Assembly (NCBI RefSeq): GCF_018977255.1
Contig: NW_024704742.1
Location: 59,274,001 to 59,338,000, forward strand
Length of the DNA: 64,000 bases
Direction: 5' to 3'
From: Callorhinchus milii
Lineage: Eukaryota
Made by a program: the position numbers and the translations under genes. Below, piece after piece: positions 52,577-64,000 of the stretch (positions are counted from its first letter, which is position 1; each line of letters opens with the position of its first letter). The notes under the pieces are model-generated. The model did no database searches. It was not told the origin of the DNA and saw only the letters and a list, made by a program, of their open reading frames with translations.

Positions 52577-53052
52577 ACCTCTCTGACCTACTATCCCCCT
52601 ACCTACCTGCCCGTACCCTACGTTCCTCCGGCTCCGGTCCGCTCCACATCCCCCGCCCCAATCGCCCTACCATCGGTGGTCGGGCCTTCAGCCTCTCAGC
52701 CCCCAGGCTCTGGAACTCTATCCCCCAGTGCCTTCGCCGCTTCCTCCCTCTCCTCCTTCAAGGCCGGTCTCAAAACCTTTCTCTTTGACCGAGCCTTCAG
52801 CTCCCCTCTCGACTCTCTTCCCCCTCCTCGCTCCCTCCCTTCCCTCCCCTCACCCTGACCATTTCCCCCTCCTCGCTCCTCCCTTCCCTCCCCTCACCCT
52901 GACCATTTCCCCCCTCCTCGCTCCCTCCCTTCCCTCCCCTCACCCTGACCATTTCCCCCCTGCTCGGGTCCTGACCCAACTGTGCAGCGCCTTGGGACGT
53001 CCTCCTGACGTGAAAGGCGCTTTATAAATGGAATCTTGTTGTTGTTGTTGTT
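52577..53052 (+). mobile_element. Young L2 3' fragment with tandem repeat in 3' UTR
   Basis: Nearly identical to 57655-58086; tail plus (TTG)n. Confidence 0.92.
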
Positions 53053-55564
53053 ATAAGGGGATTATTATGAATCATTCATCATTTAGTTCCCCTCTAGAAT
53101 TGGCTGTTGTAGTCACCCACGAATACGCAGTCACTGGACTTTGTGATGACATGATAATCACTATATCAAATGCAAAGAGTATTATTATTATTACTACTAC
53201 TTATGTAATTCTATATGTAAGTGTTTATTCAATTTGGTTTTGAATGCTGTTATCGACTACATTTGAGTACTCTAATAAACCTCCTCCTTGGTTCTTTTGG
53301 TGATAATACTCATATATGCCCCTTTACCTCACCAACTAGTGGAAGTAGTATGGGATAAAATCTTTATTCCACCAATACATCTGGGAATGAAATATTAAAG
53401 AGCTTCAATTTAAAATTCTTCAGAACACTGCTGCACATGCATAAAAAATAGAAACTGAGGTACAGGTCATCATCATTTGAGAATATAATTTTCATTGTTC
53501 CTCACAGTAAATTAGCACAGATCTGGAGATTGAAGGTTTCATTCATCTCAAATTGACTAAAAAGGGTCCTTTCTATTCAAAAATACAGCTTTGCTGGGAT
53601 TTTTATGAAAAGATGAAAAACACGGTCAAAGAGGAAGGTCTTCATTCACAACTGAAAATGGGGAGAGAGGGGCAAGGCAAAAGGATTGAGGGAGAGAGTT
53701 CCACAACTGAGGGGCGTAGTGGCTGAATTATCACATATGTCACGATTTGCATTTCAATTAAGTTATTCAATTCTAAAAAATAACCAATTGCATTATCCTT
53801 ATTAATTTCATGTTATAATTAGAAAAAATAATTATCGGAAATATGCGAACATCATATGCATGAATTATTGTAATATCATATTAAATATTAATAATATTGT
53901 TTTATACCTATGGCAGGACCATAATGAGACTTCAATATTAACATAAAAATGATACTGTTTCCAGTTTATAATATTCCTATATAATAGAACATTTATGCGT
54001 TTAAATAAATCTAATATTTTTTCCAAGTACAGAAAAGGTACAACAGAGGTCAAATGGTGATGTTGTGGTGTTTCATAACATTAAAGAGTTTGTTACAGCA
54101 CAGAAACAGACAATGCAGTCCATAGTATAGTCCATACGTGCCTCCACCTCTCCTCCTAATGCCCTCTCCTATATGCTTCCATTCCCTTCTCCCTCATGTG
54201 CTACCTACTGAGCCAGTGCAAGACTGGGGGTGCTTGCATTGTCAGAAGTGCTCTCCTTTGGAAGAGATGGTAAACCAAGGCCTTGTCTGCCTGTTCAGGT
54301 GTACTTTAAAGATCTCACAGTGTCCTGGCCAAGAATCCCCCAGTTAAAACTGGTCATTCACTTCATGGTTGTTTGTGGGACGTTGCTGTGCATAAAATGA
54401 TAATAGCCTCAAATATGCAGTAAGTGCACTTTAGAAAAGTTCCTGTGAATCACTTTGAGACACCTTGACAATGTGATTTGGCGCTAAATCAAATGCAATT
54501 ATTAATTTTATTATGTAGACATCAAGTTTCCTCTCAAGTTTTGCACACAAAATATACAGTCAATTCACTTTACAGTATATTCTGTGAAGCGCTTTGAGAT
54601 GTCTCAAAGACATGATAATGCGCTACATCAAAAATGTGAGGATTAAATACTTTTTTTTGCTGTAACCAATTTCCGGCAGTGAGTTCCACATTCTCATCAT
54701 CCTCTGCATAAAGAACTTTCTCCTAAACTCTCTTTTAGATTTTATATCTATGCCCCCCACACCCTTTACTTTAGATTCACCAACCTATCAATGTACAAGT
54801 TATCGAATCCTTCCATAATTTCAAACACTTCTATTAGGCCATTGCAACATTGTCTTTCAACTTGTTTTAATTTATAATTGCTCCTTCCGTCCTCCTTTTC
54901 CTTCCTTTCGTTTCCCTTCATTACCCTGAGGAAGAGAACAGACACTGCCAATAATAATAATCCTTGCATTTGATACGGTACATTCACATTGAAAGCTTTT
55001 CACAGGATATACTGTAAAATACAGTGACTGTATAATTGGGCAGGCAAATGTTGCAGTCAATTTGTGTACTGCAGTGTCACACAAACAGTCGTGAAGTGAA
55101 TGACCAATTTCATTTTTATTTGGGGAATTCTTGGTCAGAACACAGGGAGAACCTCCCTTTTCTCTTTGGTTAGTGTCATAGGATCAATGCGTGATGTTGT
55201 GAGCTGTAGCGAAGTGCATGAAAGTTGAAGTTGACTGCCTTTGTTATTATGAAGTAACTCCTCCTGACAATGCCACTCCCAGGCAGATTGTGTGAATTTG
55301 AGAATTTGGGAATTCACCATGCAGGGAATCAAAACTGTTACGTGTAATCTTCCATGTATTCTACCTTCCTTTAGTAATTCTTCCAAATGAGCTACAAAAG
55401 TATTTTTTTTTAACATACTTCATCAATTGCTTTGAACAAATAATCCTTTTATTAATCATACAGTAGCTGAACATTTGAACTTGTTACTGTAAGATTCAGC
55501 TCTTAGAAGCAAGACAGGTAATAAATGTTAGATTACCCATTAGATTATATTAACATTCACGATT

Positions 55565-55790
55565 AGGGGACTGAATGGCTGGCACAGTGCAATAGAATAT
55601 TTCCTTTACACCAGAGACATGATTATTTTCTATTCCAAACAGATGGGACAATGTTTCTCTGATACATGTTAAGGATCCAAAGTGAAATGAATTTGTGCCG
55701 TTTCAAACCAGCCCATTGAGGTATAAGACTCTCTTAGAATTCAGCACATCTTGGCACCAATATCTTGATACACAGCTAGAAAGATTTTAA
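55565..55790 (+). mobile_element. Possible LF-SINE-related relic
   Basis: Begins GGGGACTGAATGGCT and contains GTGAAATGAATTTG...CCAG and TTGGCACCAAT, resembling my recollection of the LF-SINE consensus; highly diverged. Confidence 0.35.
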
Positions 55791-56139
55791 GGAGAGACTG
55801 TATGAAATTAAAGTTAAAGAACTTATTGGCGCAGTGGGATTTGACATGCTGCACATGGGGGTATAACATGTAGCAATTTCCCTCATGATTTCCTATTAAG
55901 GGATTCTGTAGTCGGAATCCAGGTGTGACTTCTACTTATGACCGGTAAGACCGCTCGGAGTAGATCATGTATGAGAATTGGTGTGACGAACATCTGATTT
56001 ATTTATTAAGCAATCCAGGTGGAAACCATTGCTATGGTGAGGTAATGTATCAAGAAGTTATGCTGTGTGCTTGAGCTATCTTATATCACGTTTGGGTTAT
56101 TCATGCTGCACTATCCTCTGGGGGTGGGAGGTTGGTTTG

Positions 56140-56435
56140 GGGGTTGGTAGGTAAGCAAGGTCTCCTTAGGGTTGAGTTAGCTCCAAAGTGAGATACTTGG
56201 CAACGGAATGACAGATTAAGTTAAGGGTCAACCCTCTATGGCAGTTCTTGGTAGTCCAGTTTCTGAGCAATATGGATATGCAGTATCCCAAGGTGCTGAT
56301 GATGACAACAACCAACCTTGCCCATCAGTGGGGATTTGGAGGGGCAGACTAGTCCCTGCAGGAGCAGCACTCAGTTGTGATATAACCATCCAAACCAAAG
56401 CCCTAAACAGACAGGGTAGAGTGGTCCTCCAATCT
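56140..56435 (+). repeat. Copy of the RTE-like 5' region
   Basis: TAAGCAAGGTCTCCTT...GGCAACGGAAT...GCTGATGA...TGGAGGGGCAGA...AGCCCTAA shared with the other copies. Confidence 0.6.
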
Positions 56436-57540
56436 ATGGAAACTGCTTCAACAATGATTTATATTTACAGAGAGTTTCTGGTTTGTTCAGCACCCGCTAT
56501 TTAAATCAAAATATTTGGAAGAATAGTGGAGAAAAATTTAAAAATTGTTTTTGAATGTTAACCCATTGGAACGGGTTTGATTGTTTTCAAAAAAGGAGTC
56601 CATATATCTAAGCCTAACATTAAATCTATCAGGCATTTAAGCAAGCAATTTCAATCAGGCACCTCTTTCCAATCAATTGTTTCAAAACAGAGGGAAAAAT
56701 AAACATAGTGATTATGATTTTATCGTTCCCGTCAGTCAGAGTTATCTGAAAGTTTCAACCTTCTCATTTGATCTTTAAAGCTATACTTTTCTTGAAATAA
56801 GCTTATTCAAGAAAATCATATTCTTTTATTCCATTATACCTGAACATTGATTGATGAACCAATATGAAGACAGAAACTGAATATGATAATAGGAACTATC
56901 TTTGAAACCAAATGCAGTTAGATATAATCCTTTTAGACTGAACAATCAGTAATGTACCAGGTTACCCAAAGGTTTATTAAAGTGGATGGCCAGTGGTAAA
57001 TGCATGAAGAGAAACATAAACATGTCCAACTGATGTTTATTGACGTCACTTTACAATGCAGTTATAAGCATGGAAGTTATTCCTCTCACACTCAAAACTG
57101 GAGTAGCATTCTGGTAGCTCCGTGAAATGCTTTTTAGGAACCTTGCCTTGGTTAAAAAATGCACGTCAGCTTGGCTAAGTTAATAGCAGTCTAGCCTCTA
57201 TATCAAGAGGTTGCGGTTTCAAGCTGCGCTCTTGTCTCTGTCTCAGAATGCTATGGGTTCAACTTCCCTTTACGTTGGGACTTTCAGCTCATAACCAGGC
57301 TGACCTTCCAGTGCAGAACTGGGAAAATATTGGATTTTCGGAGGTGCCGACCTTCAGATGAGATGCTTACCTGTATGTTTAACTGCCTGTGTGTCCTTCA
57401 ATTGACTTTTATGGGGTATGTAAATCAATTGTTTGTTCTTGAGCCCTTGCACATTACAAGACAAATAATGTGCAACAAACAATTCTGCACTTGGAGCATA
57501 AGTACTTCTAATGATCTTTTCTGTTCACCTCCAGAATGTT

Positions 57541-58086
57541 TATCACTCGCACTCCCACCCTCGCTCGCCTCCACTGGCTCCCCATCCCCCAGAGGATTGA
57601 TTTCAAGATCCTCATCCTCACCTACAAGGCCATTCACGGCCTTGCTCCCTCCTACCTCTCTGACCTACTATCCCCCTACCTACCTGCCCGTACCCTCCGT
57701 TCCTCTGACTCCGGTCTGCTCCACGTCCCCCGTCCCAATCGCCCTACCATCGGTGGTCGGGCCTTCAGCCTCTCAGCCCCGAGGCTCTGGAACTCTATCC
57801 CCCAGTGCCTTCGCCGCCTCCTCCCTCTCCTCCTTCAAGGCCGGTCTCAAAACCTTTCTCTTTGACCGAGCCTTCAGCTCCCCTCTCGACTCTCTTCCCC
57901 TTTCTCGCTCCCTCCCTTCCCTCCCCTCACCCTGACCATTTCCCCCTCCTCGCTCCCTCCCTTCCCTCCCCTCACCCTGACCATTTCCCCCCTGCTCGGG
58001 TCATGACCCAACTGTGCAGCGCCTTGGGACGTCCTCCTGACGTGAAAGGCGCTTTATAAATGGAATCTTGTTGTTGTTGTTGTTGT
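57541..58086 (+). mobile_element. Young L2 3' fragment with tandem repeat in 3' UTR
   Basis: ORF RLHWLPIPQRIDFKILILTYK...RLWNSIP; intact tail and (TTG)n; possible TGTTTAT target duplication (57537-57543 / 58084-58090). Confidence 0.92.
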
Positions 58087-58439
58087 TTATATGTGCACTC
58101 TGCATTTTCAAAGCACTCATTGTGTAGCAGTGATACACTGGTTTTGGTTTATTATACAAGGTCATAAAGTCAGAGCGGATACAGGTTTCTTGGGTTTTCT
58201 GTCTGTTCTTTATTCTCTAAACCTGCTAACATAATGACAAGTCACTGTGAGGTAGCCACCACTCATCGATATGGCTGCGAGTGAAGTAAGAGTAGTAATT
58301 GAACAGTGTTACTCTACAAATATAATGCTGAGCTTGCACTGGTAGTGCTGTGAATTCAGTTACAAGACTGTAGTGACAATGTTTGTAGTCAAGGCTAAAG
58401 TAGCCAATGGGCCATTGCCCAGATCAGCCATCTAAATAA

Positions 58440-58908
58440 ATATAATATATAATCCTTGCTTTGATGTAGTGCCTTATCAGATCATTGAATACTTCACTGG
58501 ATTTAATGTGAAGTGCAGGATCTGTATTGTTAGGTGAACACAGCAGCTAATTTGTGCACAGCAGTGTCCCACAAACAGCCAGGAAGTGAAGGACTAATAT
58601 ATTATCTGGGGGTTGTTGGCCTACATATTGAGAGAAATTTCTTTCTTATTTCAAATAGTGCCAACAGGACCTTTCACATTCACTTAAACTGAGATCCTGT
58701 CTGCCCATTTAACACTGCATCCAAAGGTCGGTACCTCTGACAATCACCAACATCCCTAGCACCACTTTGAAGTTTGATCGTTCCAAGATGCTCTATAAAT
58801 CCAAGTTGTTGTTTTAAGTATAGGTTATGAGCTCAAAGTCCAGATATGGGGCTTAAACTCACCACCTGACCCAGAGGTAACAGTGTTACCAACTGGACTA
58901 GGCTGACG
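58440..58908 (-). mobile_element. Deu-domain SINE with short L2 tail inserted (about 58780-58815)
   Basis: Reverse-complement Deu core and head; internal CTCTATAAATCCAAGTTGTTG stub. Confidence 0.8.
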
Positions 58909-59579
58909 CATGCAAAACAAAAGTCTCAAAACATATTTTGTCAGCTGCCAACACATGTCAGAATTACATACAAAATATTGAAGCTTTCTGCCATTATCTA
59001 GGACACAGATTTTTCGGAGCTATTGGATTCCCTCACCAGAAAAGATGTCAAGTTTCACTTTGTTTCCTGTAAAAATCTATTGGTCATCTGTGGACACAGT
59101 AAACAAAATCTTGGCCAAAAGATTTTGGATCCAAATTATTTAAACACACACGTGCTTTTCAGAATGACTGATTTAAGAATACAGGAACATTGGGCATTAT
59201 ATCACTGTACAGAAATTCCTCTCTTTGCCCCTCTGTCTCACTTCCTTTCTATCTGTCTTCAAATTCTGGCTGAAAACCTATCTCTTTGACTGCACCTGTG
59301 ATCATCTTCTCCTTACTCTTATTCGGCTTCCTCCCCATCACTGTAAAGCACTCCAAGATTTTATTCTGTGTAAAGGGTGTTGCATAAATGCAAACTGTAT
59401 TTCCTTGGTGAGACTTTTTTTAATATATTGTTGTCCATATCATATATTGCAAATCTCTTGAATATATTTCACATCAGTTTATGTACAGCATCAATTATTA
59501 GCAATTTTAATCCTGAGAAAGGGGTGGTACTCTGGATACCTTTAAATGAGGGTGTCATCACATCGTAATTTAAGTTTCT

Positions 59580-59992
59580 AATCCACTCCAGTGCAGTGCT
59601 GGGGGAGCATTCTATTAGAGGGGAAACAGTCCTTTGGATGGGATGTTAAACTAATGCCTGATCTGTCTGTTCCGGTAGATGTTAAAGATCCCATGACACT
59701 ATTCCAAAAGAAACACCAACAACAACTTGGATTTATATAGCGCCCTCCACGCCGGATGGCATCTCAGAGCGCTTGCTCTGAGCTACGGAAGTAGCTCCAG
59801 TGTCCTGGCCAGCATTCCCCCAAGATAAAATTGCTCATTCATGTCATGGCTGTTTGTGGGACATGACATCGCTTTATGCAAATTGCCTGACGTATTCGCT
59901 TACAAATATATAGTCACCATACGCTAAATGCTGTGGAATGCTTTGAGACGTTTCGATGACAGGGCACTATATCAAATGCAAAGATTATGACA
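59580..59992 (+). mobile_element. Deu-domain SINE interrupted by antisense L2 tail (other partial Deu copies at about 1450-1645, 3170-3490, 9085-9260, 40400-40640, 51095-51307, 51645-51850, 54205-54515, 57165-57380)
   Basis: Deu core GGATGTTAAAC...GTAGATGTTAAAGATCCCATGACACTATTC, then L2 stub, then CAGTGTCCTGGCC. Confidence 0.82.
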
Positions 59993-60120
59993 TTAAAGAT
60001 ATACTAAAACTTTTAACGTACAGTCTGAGGGTCGACTGCCTTTTCATACATTTTTTTTCCCAAAAAGTTAATTAATAATTAATACTACTGCATATTATAG
60101 TACAGGACAGCCTGTACCAG

Positions 60121-63100
60121 TGTCTCCCCCCCTCCCACCCTCTGTCTGTCTGCCTGCCTGCCCTGTCCTTCTCCTGCAGGCTGCTCATTGCTATCTACAA
60201 TAAGCGCCTTCCCACCTCTGCGCCAACTCTAGCCCCTCAGCCTCCTGCCGGCTGACAATATCCTGCTAAACCCACCACCTCTTGTCCCAGCGTGCGCATC
60301 TTGGCTGCCGCCCCTGACCCGAGCTGGCCCTCCCTCAAAATGCCCCTTTCCTTGCAACTCTCTCACTCTGTCCTGCTCTCTCTCCACTGCCTCTGCCTCC
60401 TATCTCTGCTTGAACCCCCCACTGCCTCCCTCTGCTCCAGCCTGGGAATCCTTTGCCGGGCTCATCGTGGCACTCAGCGTTGGCTGTTCAGCAGCAGCCA
60501 CACAGACTGTCCCATTCCTACTACCAAGCCACCCCAGACCATGACCCCGGGGGCTAACCTCTCCTCCTTCATCCACATCCCCACCCTCCCTCTCAACCAT
60601 TCCACTAGCCCCTCCCATCCCACACATCCCCCTGCCAACTGTCCGCTCCGCAATGGCCTTCAAAATGTCCGCTCCATCTCCAACAAGACCCTGGCCATCA
60701 ATGAACTCATCCTTGATGAGAACATTGACATCCTGGCACTCACAGAAACCTGGATCACCCCAGGAGGTACCTTCCCTCTCACTGAGGCCACACCACCCGG
60801 CTACACCTACCACCATGTCCTTTGCCCCAACGTCATGGTGGTGGTGTGGCCCTCATATCCAGAGCATCACTTGTCCTATCCCCCCACTCCACTGGCTCAT
60901 TCCCCTCTTTCAAACACCTTACCTTCTGCCAACCCACCCACCTCTATCTGAAAATTTTCTTTCTTTACTGCCTCCCAAAATCCTCTCCCACCTTAATTTC
61001 TGACATCTCCACCCTCTTGCTTCCCTCTGCCTCTGCTCTGACCACCTCATCATCCTAGGTGACTTCAACCTCCACTTCACCCCCTCCTGCTCCACCTCCT
61101 CAGACTCCTCCTCTCCTCTTAAACTCTCCCTCCACATCCAGTCTGCTACCCACACCCACAGTCACCCGCTCAATCTGGTGATCACCTGGGGGCCTCAGCG
61201 TCTCGGATGTCACCATTACTGACAAAGGTCATCTCTGACCACCATTTCATCTCCCTCAACTCCCATATCCCTCTCCCCACTGCCTCCAAACCTACCACAA
61301 TCTTCTACCGGCCATGGAAGAAGATCTCCCTGCAATCCCTCTCCGCTGCCCTGAAGTTCTCTGATCTCCTTCCCCTCTGGCCCATCACTCGCAACAACCC
61401 ACTCGCTGCACTCACTCTTCTCCACAACACCCGCTCCACCACACTCGACGTCCTTGACCCTCTCACCTCCCGAACTACCTCCTATTCCCGATCCTCACCC
61501 TGGTTCACCAGCCACCTCCGCTCACTTAAGCGCCGATGTAGGCTGCCGAACACACTTGGCTCAAATCTGACCTAACGGTCCACCGCTACATCTGGCTGGA
61601 CCTCATCAAGAACGACCACTCTGTCTCTCGCCTCAGCCAAATCAGCCTTCTATTCCAGGTTAATCCTGGAGGCGAAAGGCAATCCCAGGCTCCTGTTCTC
61701 CACGACTAACCGGCTCCTCCCCCCTCCCCGACATGCCTCGCAGATACTTTCCTCTGACTTTCACTGCGAGAAAATGCTGGACTTCGAGTCCAAAATCGAG
61801 GGAATCCACTCAGCTGCCGCTGCCCTCCCAACTTCCAACCCCTCCCTACCCCCAATCCACACAATTACCCATCCCTTCTTCCACATCTTTGAACCTGTCA
61901 CCCCCTCCTCTGTCTTCAACACGATAACCTCCATAAAGTCCACCACCTGCTCCCTCAACCCTACCCCCACCCCTCTCCTTAAATCCCACCTCCACCTCCT
62001 TGCCCCACTACTCGCCAACATCAACAATCTCTCCCTGTCATCTGGCACTGTTCCTACCCCCCTCAAAACAGCCACTATCACCCCCACCTTGAAGAAACCT
62101 TCCTTTGACCTATCACAGCTATCCAGCTACCGGCTCATCTCAAATCTCCCCTTCCTAACCAAAGTCCTTGAGAGAGCCGTTGCCTCCCAGCTTCGCTCTT
62201 TCCTCTCCTCCCACTCCCTCCATGAACCCCTCCAATCGGGTTTCCGTACCTACCCACAGTATGAAAACTGCTCTGGTCAAGGTCACAAAAGACATCCTGA
62301 CCATGTGTGACCAGGACTCCCTTTGCCTCCTCATCCTCCTCAACCTCTTTGACGCCTTTGACACCGTGGACCACTAAATCCTCCTCCACTGCATCTTCTC
62401 CCACCTCAACCTTCAAGGTTCTGTCTTTGACTGGTTCAGGTCCTACCTTTCACACCGCCTCCACTTCATCGCGGCAAATGGCTTATGCTCCAGCCCCCGC
62501 ACTGTCTTGTGCGGTGTTCCTCAGGGCTCTGTCCTCGGTCCCCTCCTCTTCACCCTCTACATGCTCCCCCTTTGGTGACATCATCCGCAGACATGGGGTA
62601 AATTTCCACATGTATGCGGATGACACCCAACACTACCTCTCTGCCTCCACCCTGAACTCCAAGACTACTGGCGTCCTGACTGTCTGCCTGTCCAACATCA
62701 ATTCCTGGACGAGGGCCAAATTTCTCCAACTCAACGGGGATCTTGTTTGCCCTGAAATGTCCTTTCTCCCCCACATCGGTGCCATGACTGGCATTGCCTA
62801 CCATCACCTCTACAATATTGCAAGGCTCCGTCACTGGCTCACCCCTCAAGCTGCCGAAACCCTCACCCACGCATTCGTCACCTCAAGGCTTGATTACGGG
62901 AACTCCCTCCTCATCGGCCTTTCCAACTCTTCCCTTCACAAGCTGCAGGTCATCCAAAACTCTTCAGCCCATGTACTCTCACCCACCAGGCTCCGTGACC
63001 CCATCACTCTCACTCTCGCCCGACTCCACTGGCTCCCCATCCCCCAGAGGATCGAGATCAAGATCCTCGTTCTCACTTTCAAGACCTTCCATGGCATTGC

Positions 63101-63222
63101 CCCCTCCTACCTCTCTGACCTGCTGACTCCCTACCAACCTGCCTGCTCCCTCTGTTCATCGGGCTCTGGCCTGCTCCATGTCTCCTGCCCTACCATCAGT
63201 GGCCAGGCTTTCAGCCTCTCTG
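60121..63222 (+). mobile_element. Near-full-length L2-clade LINE, disrupted (APE endonuclease + reverse transcriptase), 3' end missing
   Basis: EN N-terminus LRNGLQNVRSISNKTLAINELILDENIDILALTETW (ORF 60292-60951); GDFN and SDH motifs downstream; YRLISNLPFLTKVLE (ORF 61774-62310); QGSVLGP and [10 protein letters not shown] (YADD at 62613-62624); L2-type C-terminus SRLDYGNSLL...LHWLPI. Several frameshifts/stops; about 110 bp deleted near 62735 relative to the 26.8 kb copy; no tail. Confidence 0.95.
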
Positions 63223-64000
63223 AAAGGCATAAATTTGATGCTTTAGATCTGACCAATAAACAGTAACTCCACTTAATAAGGAGCTGTCAGTTCAAGAGGG
63301 AACCATGATCCTGTGATCATTTATACACTCTTAGTCTTTGCATTTGGTGGGGCTGAGCCACTGAACATTCAATCACATTTTTAATGATTTTATTTATGTA
63401 CCATTAAGAATTAAGCCATATTTCAATTATAGCTGCAGTAAAACAGATTAAATCTACTCAGTTTCTGTATTGCCTTCACCTCATTTGTAATTCCCTTGAT
63501 AGCATTTTGTTGCTGAGGAATTCAAATGACACAGTCTTTGACATTCTTTTAAATCTGTTTTTATTTATGTAATTAGGAGGTACTTCCTTGAACTATAACT
63601 CTCAATATGTTTCTGTCATCCCATTCTGCCTGACATCTTGGCACTCGTGCTGTGAATAGCTGATTATAGCTAAAACAGCCTCTTGGAGACTTGTGCATTC
63701 TGCCCTAATCTTTTGGTAATTACGTGCCATCTTCACAACAATGGATAAAACTTTAAGGCTTCTGCTGCTTTTTTTACCATGTAATCCTATTCAATTACTC
63801 CAATGAAAACCCTTTTTCCCCAGGGTCTAATATTTTAAGAAACCATCCCCTTTAATAGTAAATTAACACAGAGTGAATCCAATGAAACCAATCACTCTGG
63901 ATTAACCATAAAGTATTTTGTGCATATCATCAGGAAATAAACTCAAAATCAGTCCTGATTACGGATTTGTCAAAATCAGATCCAAACTCTTCATTTGGAT

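Noticed and set aside
52800..52965. CRISPR-like repeat array
   Set aside because: Units are contiguous tandem copies without unique spacers, lie inside an L2 3' UTR in eukaryotic DNA, and there are no cas genes.
62307..63266. 319-aa ORF as a functional RT or domesticated gene
   Set aside because: Fusion of out-of-frame and in-frame L2 sequence with an internal deletion; the element has multiple disabling mutations.

Overview
Eukaryotic, AT-rich, repeat-dense, apparently non-coding vertebrate DNA (large intron or gene desert). I found no credible host protein-coding exon, rRNA, true tRNA or CRISPR array. The repeat content suggests a cartilaginous fish, probably a holocephalan such as Callorhinchus; this is inference, not a database result. 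That content is C-rich L2 LINEs, shark-type CR1 3' ends, Deu-domain SINEs and a tRNA-Ala-headed SINE with an L2 tail. The window contains one near-full-length, disrupted L2 (about 60.1-63.2 kb), many truncated L2/CR1 copies, two SINE families, fossils of an RTE-like LINE, and several unique homeobox-motif-rich blocks that look like conserved non-coding elements. The most notable observations are: (1) a heavily decayed Pif1-like (SF1B) helicase fossil at about 44.5-45.5 kb with several motifs in the correct order, probably from a Helitron-class element; (2) a Penelope-type fragment carrying a degenerate hammerhead ribozyme core between direct repeats; (3) recurrent fold-back hairpins at 5' junctions of truncated retroposons; (4) a modular chimeric SINE; and (5) ancient palindromic elements. 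I see no convincing new multi-gene system. Repeat boundaries were read by eye and are approximate, to tens of bp.
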